DNA from: Squalus acanthias
Taxonomy: Eukaryota
NCBI GenBank assembly: GCA_030390025.1
Contig: CM059432.1
Coordinates: 62,498,001-62,562,000 of the forward strand
Direction of reading: 5' to 3'
DNA length: 64,000 bases
The notes beneath the pieces were generated by a model, which saw only the letters and a program-made list of their open reading frames with translations, was not told the DNA's origin and searched no databases. Positions 26,092 through 39,119 of the stretch are shown here, piece by piece; position 1 is the first letter of the stretch; each line of letters begins with the position of its first letter. The position numbers and the translations under genes are program-made.

Positions 26092-26797
26092 TGTTGCATA
26101 TGCATAAGTTTAATATGTTTTTGAAGACCAAACTGATACCATTAATGTTTTCCCTATCATGGTGCAGTTTAGCTTTAATGATTTCCGAAATTCAGAAGGT
26201 GAGTCAACCCAAGCTCTTGCACATCTCTTAGTGCCAGTCACAAAGTGGCAGACACAGGGACCATGTTGCCTACTAACTCTCTTGGCCCGAGATGGCTTTA
26301 CCTGGAAAGGTGGAGATTTTATTACAACGGCTTTGCCCTTGCATTTATTTACCTCAAAAATATACTACAACGGATATATTTAAAATATATATATATATTT
26401 TTTTTTAAGTGAATTTTTTTTTTTAACTCTCCTCACTGTCTCAAGATCAGGGCCATCATTCTCACTATGTTTCTGAAAAAAGACAAGCCAAGTAGTACGG
26501 AGTGTTGCGAGCTAAGGCTAAGCAAAGCAGTTTCAAGCTTTCTCGCCAAGCCTCAGAAACAGAGGGGAAATGGGGGAACCATGATCATAATATTTTTCTT
26601 TTTAATTTCACCTGTAAGTAATTTTATGGTTTTTTTTTTAAAAAGAGACAACGTTATATTTTGAAATGAGTGCCCTAATATAAAGCCACTGCAGGGCCTC
26701 ATTCTGAAGTATTCTTTTTTGAAAAAGAAAGATTATAGAATATACCAAACTCGAATGAGATGAGGTGTTAGAGGTGTACACTATAACCCTAACTCAC

Positions 26798-26941
26798 CTT
26801 CATTTTCCCACAGTCCAGCAGGCTTCTGAATAAGTCCAAATAATCTTTATAAGAAGGGACTCTCCATTTCCCTGTTGCCATGCTACCATTGCCGAGTGAC
26901 TGTTGTCCATCAGATCCTGGCCCATTTTTCCCCGTTCCTTC
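26798..26941 (-). CDS. PRKDC: DNA-PKcs exon 15 (144 nt)
   Basis: EGTGKNGPGSDGQQSLGNGSMATGKWRVPSYKDYLDLFRSLLDCGKMK; ttcctcag acceptor, GTGAGT donor. Confidence 0.9.
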
Positions 26942-27044
26942 CTGAGGAATTGATCATCATTAAGATTTACAGTGGTTACAATATTATATACCAACACACA
27001 ATGAAGAAATATGCTTAGTAAAGATAGAAGAAAGAAAACACAAA

Positions 27045-27120
27045 TTCTGAAATAAAAACAAAAATTGCAGGGAATTTATAACAGGTTAGTCAGCATCTGA
27101 AAGAGAAAGGCACATTAACA
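27045..27120 (-). mobile_element. Degenerate PLE terminal fragment
   Basis: Resembles the reverse complement of 31985-32085. Confidence 0.45.
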
Positions 27121-27389
27121 TAAGCAACAGCTATTTTGCAGACGATAAGATCTCGCAAGTAGCAATGAGATGAATCTGAGCAAAACAAGCAACAGTGTTC
27201 TGATTCCGAAGTTTCGGGGAGCCAGCTCTACATGGTTACAATGCTAAATCCAGCTCCCTTATCCTGCCAGTGGAATCATAAACCCACAGAAAACTAGCTC
27301 TATGACTCTGCTATAGGGATAAGAAAGCCTGGTTTATAGTGTAAACATGGATTCCAGTCTCCCAGAATCTGAACTAAACAAGTGATAAT

Positions 27390-27682
27390 ATGAAAATGCT
27401 TTTAATCTGTGGTAAGGGTAGAGAGAGGAATGTTGATCAGGACACTGGGCAAACTCCCTGCTCTAGAGGAGTTGCAAAGGATCTTTTAGGCCCTCTTGAA
27501 CAACTGGAACAGGCAGATGGGGTCTCCAACAGTTTAACGTCTCGTCTGAATGACGGCACTCAGCACTCCTTCAGTCTTGGCGTGCCAGCCTAGATTATTT
27601 ACTCAAGTCCTAAAGAGGAGCTTGAATCCACAATGTCCTGACTCAGAGGCACAAATCCTACCAACAGAGCCTAGCTGACACT
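27390..27682 (-). mobile_element. Degenerate DeuSINE (SacSINE1-like)
   Basis: Reverse-complement similarity to 53295-53550. Confidence 0.55.
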
Positions 27683-28352
27683 TTGAGTCAGCTATTAATG
27701 GTTTCAATAGCCTGCAAATGGATTAAGACACAGGATAAAGTCTGTGCAATTCATCTCAGTTAGGTATGTGAGAAGGCATTTGAAAGGTGAGTTAAAGAGC
27801 TACAAAATGGAAAGGAAAGCAATGGAATGTGAATGGGAGAATCTGTTTGGAAAGTCAGGGAGACAGCAGAGATCTGAAACTGTTTAAGCCAAGCAGCTGA
27901 AGTACTGTCAAAGTTTGCATTGGGCTTGTTTGGAGCATTGTAGGGCAATGATAGCAACACCAGAGAAAGAATGGTAGCAGCAGTTAAAGGGGCAAGCCAC
28001 AGGAAGTCCAGGATCAGCTAATTAAGCCGTTTAGCATTTTCAGGTTAGAAAACAAGGAAATTGACTATATATTTTTTAATACAGCATACAACAGCTATTG
28101 TCCCTGTGCTGTGTTAATATTAGCATATGAATACTTAACACATTAGCATGAAATTCCTTTCCCTGATATTTTAACATAGGCATTGACTCCTGTTAAAAAT
28201 ATATCATTCAATGTCTCAGTTTAATTGTGTACAAAGGAATTTCATATTAATGCGTTAAGTATTTGTGTGCTAATATTCACACAGCCTGATTTCAATGCAA
28301 CAGTCGATGCTTGTTGTTGAATGAAGCAGAATGTTAAGTAGATTTTTCTTAC

Positions 28353-28402
28353 CCCAGGAAGCAGAACTGGCTTTGAACAGACACGAATCAGACCCTGATG
28401 GA
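28353..28402 (-). CDS. PRKDC: DNA-PKcs exon 14 (50 nt)
   Basis: VHQGLIRVCSKPVLLPG. Confidence 0.95.
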
Positions 28403-29115
28403 CTGAAACAGAATGTTTTGTTTTTTAAAACTTAAAAATAAAACAATAGTTCACAAACTGTAAGAGCATAATTGATTACCAAACTTATTTGGGCAATTTC
28501 AATACTTCTGTCATACAATAGTTGGAAAAATGGATTTTATGCAGACATTTGATGCAGTTTAATAAGTCACCCACACAGCAGCAATTAATTTGTTTTGTCA
28601 TTACATCAGCAGCTCTATTATATTAATTGTGCCTATGTAAGTTCTAAATTTTCTTGCTCCCAATCTGAACAGCAAAATTTCCCACCTTCACAATTCAGCT
28701 TCAATTTAGCTTTGCAGCAATGGTAACAATTTAGTAATACTAAATCAAAACATTAAACTCTCGAGTACTTCTCATGAAAATAATCCCAACAGTTCTTATA
28801 GATTTTGCACAAAATGGATTTGAACAATGTTCTCACACGTAGCTGGCCTTCTGAAGGGAGCAATCATTTCCAGAAATGCCAATTTCTCAGCATCTAGCTG
28901 AAGACTGCCAGTAACCCCTGCTGTTCATATTATTTAAATTGAACATCTTTCGAATACTTCGCCAATCTGGTCGTGGTCCTCCCCAATGTTGGCAGAAGGT
29001 CCACACAACCCAGCAATGCTGAAAGGATACAAGTTAAATCCGCAATGCTGAAAGTGCACTGCTGGCAGGGGGATTGACAGTTCAATATATTTGTACACTG
29101 AGGTTTGGTACTGAC

Positions 29116-29284
29116 CTACAGTGCTAATAAAGCTCCAGAGAACAGGGCCCTTTCCTGCAAGGGCAATGAACAGTTTAACTATGGAACGACAACAAACTGG
29201 TTGCATTCTCGCACTGTACTGTGGGAAGCCGTCTATCTGAACCACCAGCAGACGTTCTAGCACAGAAGTATAAACTCCAGGGAT
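29116..29284 (-). CDS. PRKDC: DNA-PKcs exon 13 (169 nt)
   Basis: [24 protein letters not shown]...[12 protein letters not shown]. Confidence 0.97.
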
Positions 29285-29942
29285 CTGAAGAGAAAAACAA
29301 TTCCAGTGATGCATATAAATTATTTAATATGTAAACTTTTCAATAAATTATTCCTTCAGAATATTTTGTTCAATGTTATTACCATTAGAGTAACTGCAGT
29401 TTAATTTCCATTGTATCATTTTAAAATCACAAGATTACAGAAAGTATCAGTTTATCTAGGGTTTAAAGAGCATATTCACCAATAAAATTCGGCACTTTAG
29501 TGCCGAAAATTTTAATTCTACCTATACTAGGCAGTGCACTGGTGCCCCAATATTCCAAGGCACAGACTAGTAGGACATAGGCTACATCTGCAATTCCCCA
29601 TGTGGTAAGCCATACTGAGTGAACTGGGGTTCTGCAATCACAGAGGAGGCGTGAAAATCAAAGACTGGTTCACCTTCTAGTGACTGAATCCAGAGTGGCA
29701 ATGGAGATTTTTTTTTAATTAATCTTACTCATTGAGTTTACTTAAGCTCACCAATAATATAGGAGCCATGCAACTTTTGCCATTAAAATACAATTTAAAA
29801 TCAACTTATTATAAAAGTCTATTGATGCAAATGAAACTTGAAACTGGTACATTCTCAAAACACAGGAATCCTATTTAAAAAAGGAGACAAACACAGGATG
29901 GTTATGAAATTTCCCAAAGCAACTAACACAGGGTGCACTTAC

Positions 29943-30107
29943 TTTGTCTATGTGAAAGATGACACTCGCAATAGAGTCTAGGAAACTGGGGAGCTGATAA
30001 ACACTGTCATCTTCTGTGTCTGCCTCCGTGAGATACATCTGTTTACAACGCTGAATCAGCTCCGTGTACATGAAGTCAACATACTGTGAGTTCACAGCCT
30101 TACAGGG
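29943..30107 (-). CDS. PRKDC: DNA-PKcs exon 12 (165 nt)
   Basis: [27 protein letters not shown]...HIDK. Confidence 0.97.
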
Positions 30108-30732
30108 CTAAAATCATAGAACAGGGAAATAAAATAAAATAATTGAGTCTGCTTTGGGACTGTAGTATTGTTGGTGAATTAATTGCAAAAGTAAAAAAGT
30201 ACATAAATATACTTTCAAAATGTATTGTAGGATATACTGATCTTACATTATGCATATTCAACATTATTTCTGGTTAATTTCTGGTTAAGTTTACAGTACA
30301 TAAGGAGACCACTCTGTGCATCCAGACTGTGCCAGCTCTTTCCTCACGCAATCCAAAACTAATCCCACTGTCCCACCCTCTCCCTCTAGCCCTGTATCTT
30401 CCTGTGCATCAAATATTTAACCAATTTTCCTTTAAAAGATGCAATGGTGTCTGTCTCAACTGCTCCTTGTTGCAACAACTTGTACAGAACCTTGGTTAAG
30501 CCACACTTGGAGTACTGTCAACAGTTCTGGTCTCCATATTCTAAAAAGGATATAGAGGCACTGGAGAAGGTGCAAAAACGATTTACTGGAATGATACCAG
30601 AACAGAGAGGTTATACCTACCAGGAAAGATTGAACAGGCTGGGGCTCTTTTCTCTAGAAAAAAAAAGTCTGAGGGGTGACCCGATAGAGGTCCTTAGATT
30701 ATGAAAGGGTTTGATAGGGTAAACGTAGAGAA

Positions 30733-32087
30733 TAGGTTATTGACTAACATTCACTACAAGCCCACTGACTCCCACAGCTACCTGGACTACACTTCCTCCC
30801 ACCCCGCCTCCTGTAAGGACTCTATTCCATTCTCCCAGTTTCTCCGTCTCCACCGCATCTGCTCCGACGATGCCACCTTCCATACCAGTGCTTCCGACAT
30901 GTCTTCCTTTTTCCTCAACCAAGGATTCCCCTCTACTGTGGTTGACACGGCCCTCGACCGTGTCCGTTCTATCTCCCGCACTTCCACCCTCACCCCTGCC
31001 CCTCCCTCCCGGAACCACGATAGAGTTCCCCTTGTCCTCACCTTTCACCCCACCAGCCTCCACATTCAACGGATCATCCTCCGCCATTTCCGCCACCTCC
31101 AGCGTGATCCCACCACCAAACGCATCTTCCCCACACCTCCCCTTTCAGCATTCCGCAGAGACCGCTCCCTCCGCGACACCCTAGTCCACTCCTCTACCAC
31201 CCCCAGCACCCCTTCCCCTTCGCCCGGCACCTTCCCGTGCAAGCGCAGGAGATGCAACACATGCCCTTATACCTCCCCTCTCCCCCCTGTCCAGGGCCCC
31301 AAATACCCCTTCCAGGTGAAACAGCAATTTACTTGTACTTCCTGCAATTTAGTATACTGTATTCGCTGCTCACGATGTGGTCTCCTCTACATTGGGGAGA
31401 CCAAACGCAGATTGGGTGACCGCTTTGCAGAACACCTCCGTTCAGTCCGTAAGGGGGACCCCGAGCTCCCGGTGGCCTGTCACTTTAATTCTCCGCTCCA
31501 CTCCCACTCTGACCTCACCGTCCTCGGCCTCTTGCATTGTTCCACAGAAGCTCAGCGTAAGCTCGAGGAACAGCACCTCATCTTTCGTTTAGGCACCCTA
31601 CAGCCCTCTGGACTCAACATCGAGTTCAACAATTTCAGATCATAACCTTGGCCCCGATCACATATATATATATATATCTTTTTATTTTATTTTTTCATCC
31701 ACCCTTTTGTTTGGCCTTTTTTTTCCCCTCCCAGAAGCTGGCAGCTGTCCTTCATTCTGCCAGCGCAGTTCACACTTCATCCAGCCTCTACCTGTCACAT
31801 TACCACCTCCTCTTGCCTTGATTATCTCTTTATGTCTCTTAATCTCTCCTGCTTTCTATCCCACCACTGACCTTGCCTTTTGTTCTTTCATCCCCTCCCC
31901 CTTTTCCCAGCATTATACTTGCTTTAAATCTATTTCATTTCTTGCTTTTTTCCAATTCTGACGAAAGGTCTTCGACCTGAAACGTTAACGCTGTTTCTCT
32001 CTCCACGGATGCTGCCTGGCCTGCTGAGTTTTTCCAGCGTTTTCTGTTGTTATTTCGGATTTCCAGCATCCGCAGTATTTTGCTATC
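30733..32087 (+). mobile_element. 5'-truncated Penelope-like retroelement (RT C-terminus + GIY-YIG endonuclease + terminal repeat region)
   Basis: Open frame to 31645: YKPTD..YL..SSHP..K.SIPFSQFLR; CxxxxCxxC; NLVYCIRC..C.LLYIGETKRRL..RF.EH; GLN; 14-bp TSD GTAAACGTAGAGAA (30719-30732, 32088-32101). Confidence 0.93.
31955..31989 (+). ncRNA. Minimal hammerhead ribozyme motif in the PLE terminal region
   Basis: CTGACGA-A-AGGTC[TTC]GACCT-GAAA-CG-TT; palindromic ACGT helix III; stem I weak in this copy. Confidence 0.6.
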
Positions 32088-33180
32088 GTAAACGTAGAGA
32101 AGATGTTTCCACTTTGACAAGACCAGAACTAGAGGCCATTAATACAAGATACTAATAAATCCAATAGGGAATTCAGGAGAAAGCTGCTTACCTAGAGAGT
32201 GGTTAGAATGTGGAACTCGCTACCACAAGTAGTCAAGACGACTAGCATAGATGCATTTAAGGGGAAGCTAGATAAACACATGAGGGAGAAAGGAAGAGGG
32301 ATATGTTGATGGAGTTAGATGAAGAAGGGTGGGAGGAGGCTCCTGTGGAGCATAAACATCGGTATGGACCTGTTGGGCAGAATGGCCTGTAGCCTGTTTC
32401 TGTGCTGTAAATATTATGTAATACCATGTAACCCTCTACAGACATTCTCCTAATCCCCTTCGTACTTTTTAAGTGAAGATTTTAAATTGATAACCGCTTG
32501 TCGCCGACTCCCTAATCAGAGAAAATAGTGTTTCCCTATTTACCTTATTAAAACCCTTCACAATTTTTAAAACCGCTTTTAAATGTCCTCTGAGCGTTCT
32601 CTACTCTAGTAGAAATTGTCCCAGTATCTCAAGTCTCTCCTCATAACTAGCTTCACAAGCCTGGCATCATCCTGGTGAATCTATGGTGTGTGCTCTCTAT
32701 GGCTTTAATGTCCTTTCTATAATGGGGTGCAAAATCTACACAGAGTAGTCTTAACTATGGTCTAACCAATGTTTTGTTCAAATTTATCATTACTTCTTGA
32801 CACTTGTACTCTATGCCCGTATTTATAAAACCTAAAATGCTATAAGGGATGTAAATGTACGACTGGATGGTGTAAGATGGGGAACAGTTCAGAGTGCTGG
32901 ACATTGGGACCAGTTCTGGGAGAGAAGCAACCTGTACAAGATAGACAGGCCTCATCTGAATAATTTGTGACGTGGGAGTGGAGGAGCTGTGGAGGGGGAA
33001 TGGCATTTAAACTAATATAGCAAAGGGAGATAATTTTAAAAATGAAGAAGCTGAAAGGGAAGCAAAAGAGACAAGGCATATAGGAAAGAATAAAGAGAAA
33101 ACAGGAAATTAAAAAACAGATCAAGAGGAGAGATTAAAAGAGTAAAATTGCCAAACAGACAGAGGCAGACTTGAGTTATT

Positions 33181-33870
33181 GGCCCTGAATCTGCGGTCGG
33201 AGGCTTCCCGGGGGCGGATGCCGCCAACCAGCAAAAAATTTACAAACTTACCTGATGGTCCCGGAGGTTCGGAGACTCACGCTCCTGGGCCTCTATGCGT
33301 AGAGGCCCACGTATCCCAGGGACACAGACGGTTCGCAAGCACCCCTGGGATCACATGGGCCAGCCCAACCAATGAAAGAAAGGGATCCGCATTCATACTT
33401 ATGGAGATTCCGTACGTACAAAATCCCCATAAGTGTGAATGGGGATACCCCCAAAAGTACACGTACACTTCAAATACATTTTTTTTTTAAATCACATATT
33501 TAAAATTAATCAAAATGGCATTTAATATTTAAAACAAAAATTTAATTTTTTGAAAAATAAATTTACATATTTTAAAGGGGCTAAAAATAAACTTACCTTA
33601 TTTCACAGGTTTTTAAATGTATAAATTATTGAAAAAAAATTATTTTGTCATTTAAAAGTCTTACGTTTTTACCAGGTGTAAGAATTTCACGGGCATTCGC
33701 TGGGCAGAAGTTGGGCAAATCTCCGCCCACAGACGCCCTTTTCCCGGGGATGCGGATGATCTGGCAAGAAGATTCTTGACAGATCGCAAGTTCCGGGTTT
33801 TAGCGCATGCCTAGACCCAGAACTTGCGCGGCCCCTATGGGTACGGGTGCACCTCATACGCATTACAGCC
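33181..33870. mobile_element. Harbinger-type non-autonomous element, right end degraded
   Basis: Starts GGCCCTGAATCTGCGGTC after ATT, as in 20533-21296. Confidence 0.6.
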
Positions 33871-34480
33871 CACAGTTACATAAATGCATAGCACAAAAAT
33901 TCATGGTTAAGAGATTTTTTTTGGATTAGAGTGGAAGGACGTAAACAGTGATGGTCCTCAGCAGTCAGTGCTGGAACCATTCTTCATCTCTGAAAATTAT
34001 CTGGACTCCTGTGTTTACAAATATAGGGAGCGCAGTTAACTGTGAAGAGGACTGTGAACAACTTCTGAGGGACACAGACAAGACAGTACATTGGACAGAT
34101 AGATACTGAATTAAATTTAATGCAATTATGTGATGTGATAGAATCTTACAGTACAGAAGGCGGCCATTCGGCCCATCGTGCCTGTGCACGTTCTTTGAAA
34201 GAGCTACCCAATTTGTCCCACTGCCCCTGCTCTTTCTTCATACCCCTGCAAATTTTTCCTTTTCAAGCATATATCCAATTCCCTTCTGAAAGTTACTATT
34301 GAATCTGCTTTCAGGCAGAGCATTCCAGATCATAACTCATTGCATAAAAAGAATTCTCCTCATCCACCCCCCCAACCCCAGTTCTTTTGCCATGTATGTA
34401 AATCAATGGTTTCCATTTCACTTAATGGTTAGTGTATATATCAGCACATTGGAATTTTTATGCTATTTTACAACCACTAA

Positions 34481-36232
34481 AGCTGCGATTTTGCTAACTT
34501 CGGTGGGTCCATGGCGGGCAATGTCAGTGGCGGGTCCCGACCCCGCTGCTGGCTCCATCCCACTGTGTAGAATGAATTTCCCTTGATTGGGCTTGTTAAA
34601 CCCACCCAGCGCATTTCCCAGTCAATTAGAGGAAGCGGGTCTGGTGACGTCATTTGATGACACGTCATCAGCCGGTTTCCTTAAAGGGACCATGGCCAAA
34701 TTTACTTTGACATTTGTGCTGTCAGTGTTCTACAGCATTGAGGTGCTGCAAACACTGACAAGCACTGCACAAAGGAACAGGGCTGCACCCAGGCTCTCCC
34801 ATGACTCCCTCCATATCCTTATGGAGAGAGTCACAGCACGCAGGGAGGTCCCTCTTCCCTCCCCATGGCGAAGACACCTCCCCAGGAGATCAACACAGCC
34901 TGGTTGCACAATGCAGAGGAGGGCACAAGCAGGGATGTGGTCAGCAGTGCCGCAAACGTTTCAATGATCTCAGTAGATCATGAAACGTTAGTACAAAACC
35001 ACACTCAACCGCATCCTGCTGTGCCTCTCATCACATCCCCATCACTCTGCCTTCCCTACCCTACTCCTGCACATTCTTACTCACACCAACTTACCTTGCA
35101 CCTCCACCCATCCTCTCTATCTACATTATCACATCCCCATCTCACTAGCCACCCCTCACACTCACCCTCACCCTCATCTTAGTGCAATCATACCAACTAA
35201 CAACACACAAGGGTAGGCACTTGGGTGTTTTAAGCAATGTTCATGTAAAGTTTATGTTAATGTGGTGTCAAACATTGAAACCTTTATTTTCAACACTTTG
35301 CGTTCTTGGACAAATTTGTGTGCACCTTTGGAAGTGGCTTAGTGAGTTGCAGTGAATGGTGAGACAGAACGGTACCCCCCGCAATGGTGATGAGTGTGAA
35401 AGGAATGGCTTGGGTATTGTTGGGATGTTTATGGTATTGGTGCCAACCTGGCGCATCATGTGGCAGCCAGAGTGTACAGCGTCAAGTGAAGTAAATCTGG
35501 CTATAGTGAGGCCATCCCTGGCTTCCCGGGTAGCAACGTGGTCAGGTGCTGATGCCCTCTGTCCTGTGCAGCGTCAGTTGATTGCGGAGAAGACTAGTGT
35601 TGTTGTTGGTGCTGCTGGTGTGCCTGGTGCTGCTGGTGTTGGGGCTGATCGTGGTGAGATTCTGAGGACCAAGGTGAGAGAGTATAAAGGGCACCCATGC
35701 TGCTGGAATAGATGGTAGATGAAGTAGAGATGACAGAAGCAATCTGTTAATGGTGAGAGAGGTAATGTGGTCAGACTGGATGGAGACTTGTGTAATGACT
35801 TGCAGCATGGTGAATGTGTTGTGGAAATGCAGTGAGGAAGAGCTTGTGGCTCAGGGAAGATATCTCTGTAAGGTGGGAGCTTTTACTGTACTTTTGAAGC
35901 TGTCAACTCAACAGCTGATTCAATGGCCATTGAATTCCAGCCTTAGCTTGACAATCGTGGTCGGCAACCAGCGTGGACCCCATGGGAGAGCACATAAAGT
36001 CAAAAGGTGAGCTCAACCGTGTTCTTAATGATCTCTAAACAAGGTCATAATTACCTGAATTGGGTCCCCCGCTGCTGTGTGTTGGGTCTGCTCAGCACCC
36101 ACAGACCCGACATTTGGTAAAGGCATGTGGCGGCGGGTTCGCAGCAGGGTCCCAACCCGCTGGGGAAAAGAACTACTTTCCCAGCCGACCCGCCACCGAT
36201 CACACCCGCTGACCCCCTGGAAAATCTCAGCC
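34481..36232. mobile_element. Internally deleted Harbinger/PIF transposon with Myb/SANT-like gene remnant
   Basis: TAA TSD; ends AGCTGCGATTTT / AAAATCTCAGCC; frameshifted APRLSHDSLHILME.V.ARREV / INTAWL..AEE / QCRKRFNDL at ~34770-34975. Confidence 0.75.
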
Positions 36233-36239
36233 TAAGCTT

Positions 36240-36760
36240 TTGTAGAGGAGAGTGCAGAGGGAAGTAGGTGATGTTGATACATTTTGAGGAAGAATAAGGA
36301 GAAGACATATACACAAAATAGTAAAACTAACTGGTAGAAGGTTTACAAAACCAGAGAGAATTAGGGCTCGAGATAAACAAATCTTTAACAATGGGAGGAC
36401 AAATTGATACTGATTAAAAAAGCATATGGGATCCTAGGTTTTGTAAATAAGAGCATAGAGCACTAAAGCAGAGGTAATGTTGAATCTATTCAAATCATTG
36501 GTTAGGCTGCAGTAGGAATACGGTGTTCAGTTTGGACTTTAGGAAGGAAATCAAGGCCACAGAGAAGGTACAGAAGAGACTCACTAAGATGATGCCAGGG
36601 ATGAGTATCTCACTAGCTACGAGGAGAGTCAAAAGAAATTGGAGAGACAAGAGAAATTAGGCCTCTTTTCATTAGAACAAAGAAAGTTAAAAGGAGATGT
36701 GATAGAGATATTCAAAATTATGAGGAATTTTGATGAGGTAAATAAGGAAAAACTTTATGA
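36240..36760 (+). mobile_element. Old CR1 fragment
   Basis: Degenerate CR1 ORF2 C-terminal sequence, probably continuous with ~33890-34135. Confidence 0.55.
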
Positions 36761-37618
36761 TGTTGCTTGTGTTATAACCTACGTAGTGCAACTGTATTCT
36801 TCTATAAGCCAGTACTGAGGAATCAGCTGAACAACTATATACTGCAAGAGGAAACCAGGAGAAAAGGATCGCAATGTAGTGCTAATTATTTTTAAATTCT
36901 GGGGAATGGGCTGGGATTGAAATTACAGATGTCACCAATTATAGCAAAAAAAAACATGTATTTTAAATATAATACTCCTGCTAATGTTCTGCCAAAATTA
37001 GCAAAGATATGATTTTTTTTCTTATTGGAATTGAGTTTGAGCCGTCTCAACCCAATTCATGATTGGTATGTGCCCAAAGGGGGGGAAAATCTACCTGCAA
37101 TTTGGCACAATATGTTGTCTAGACTCAGAATGAATATATTCTTGTTTTTAGAAAAATATTTTTATTTCTTTTATTTGGTACGATTGGTTGGTGCCACTGT
37201 TAATATCAAGCACTACCAGTCATTGTGTACCACACTAGAAATGGAGTAAATTTTCTCTTCCCCAACAGTGTCCCAATCTTAGTAAATCATAATCTGCCCT
37301 GATATTCACATCAATCACTCCTTTGGCATCTGAGTAAGTCTGCAGTTTAACGCAGGTACATTTTACTCGTGGGATCACACACCACTGGCATTATCCAAAT
37401 CATTTTCAGTTCAACTAATGCAACCATCAGAGAGGCAACTTATATTCCATCACTACTCACTAACGCAGAATGGCATCCAGACTACTAGGGCTTACATTTT
37501 TGTGTGTTACTAGAAAATGTAGTAATGTTTATGTAAACACTTCTCTCGCTTCTATACTTTGTTATGTTATACATACAAAGTAATTGCTTATATAACAAGT
37601 TAAAAAAGTGAAACATAC

Positions 37619-37765
37619 AGCTGCAAAAAGTCCATATCCTCGTATGGCGATGGACAGCTCTTTAGTGCTCGATTCCGTTGTCCGGATAATGTCATAAAAC
37701 TGTTGCATAAAGTACTGCAATTTATCTTTGTGCAAATGAGCATTTTCTGCCACTTGTAATGCAAT
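37619..37765 (-). CDS. PRKDC: DNA-PKcs exon 11 (147 nt)
   Basis: [24 protein letters not shown]...[15 protein letters not shown]. Confidence 0.97.
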
Positions 37766-38279
37766 CTGTGCATGGGAAAGATAAAAGAGTATGGGTTAAC
37801 AGTTTCACCTGTTTTCAAGTACACTGCAGAAGTCTAGAAGGAGTTGCTATATCTTATAAATACAACTACTGGCGGCCATAATGTCCCATTTACATTCATG
37901 CAGCCAAACAAAATGTTCCATCCCTGCAAAACTGGATTTGGGATTCATCTGAAGCTGCTCTAATGTCAGGAACCTTAAGAATTTTTTAAAAAACTAACAC
38001 TGGCTCCAATCGAAAGGAAAATCAGGCAGTGTTTATAATGGGCAGCTGATCTGATATTGCCCATTTTAGACCCCGCCAACGTTGAAAGTTCTGCCCATTA
38101 TCTGAAAATGGGGCAAGATCATACAGACCTCAAAAACTCTGGCACTGATTGAACAAATTTTTTTTTTTTTTTTAAAGATACACTTAAAGCCAATACCACA
38201 ATAACCAGAACATTGTGCTGCATCAAGAATTTCTATATCATCACAATTGACCAATGAAAGTTAACACAAAAATAGTAGA

Positions 38280-39118
38280 CTAATTTTGCGTGTAATTGGT
38301 AAATTAACTTCAATATAGATAAGTGTGAGGTGGTACATTTTGGTAGGAAGAATAAGGAGGCCACATACTCCTTGGAAAATAAGTGTCTAAATGAGGTAGA
38401 GTAGGAGAGGGATCTGGGCGTACAGATATACAAATCACTAAAAGTAGCGACACAGGTCAATAAGGCCATAAAAAAGCAAACAAAGCATTGGGGTTCATTT
38501 CTAGAGGGATAGAATTGAAAAGCAGAGAAGTTATGCTAAATATGTATAGAAACTTGGTTAGACCACACTTGGAGTACTGTCAACCGTTCTGGTCTCCATA
38601 TTCTAAAAAGGATATAGAGGCACTGGAGAAGGTGCAAAAATGATTTATTGGAATGATACCAGAACTGAGGTTATACGTATCAGGAAAGATTGAACAGGCT
38701 GGGGCTCTTTTCTCTAGAAAAGAGAAGACTGAGAAGTGACCTATTAGAGTTCCTTAAGATTATGAAAGGGTTTGATAGGGTAGACATAGAAACGACGTTT
38801 TCACTTGCGGGGGAGACCAGAAGTAGGGGCCATAAATATAAGATAGTCACTAATAAATCCAATAGGGAATTCAGGAGAAACTTCTTTGCCCAGAGTGTGG
38901 TTAGAATGTGGAACTCTCTGCCACAATGAGTAGTTCTGATGACTAGCATAGATGCATTTAAGGGAAGCTAGATAAACACATGAGGGAGAAAGGAATCGAA
39001 GCATATGTTAATGGAATCAGATAAAGAAGGGAGAGAGGAGGTTAGCGTGGAGCATAAACACCGACCGGCATGGACCTGTTGGGCGGAATGACCTGTTTCT
39101 GTGCTGTAAATACTATGT
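38280..39118 (+). mobile_element. CR1 3' fragment
   Basis: LGLFSLEKRRLR..RRNFF.Q.VVRMWNSLP; TATGTAA-type tail split by a MITE. Confidence 0.88.
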
Positions 39119-39119
39119 A

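Larger units (their letters stand above)
30478..32425 (+). mobile_element. CR1 3' fragment interrupted by a PLE
   Basis: LYRTLVKPHLEYC..FWSP; resumes at 32102; closely similar to 38540-39118. Confidence 0.85.

Noticed and set aside
30701..30732. ATG start of the PLE ORF
   Set aside because: MKGFDRVNVE derives from the host CR1/TSD; chance in-frame fusion to a 5'-truncated PLE
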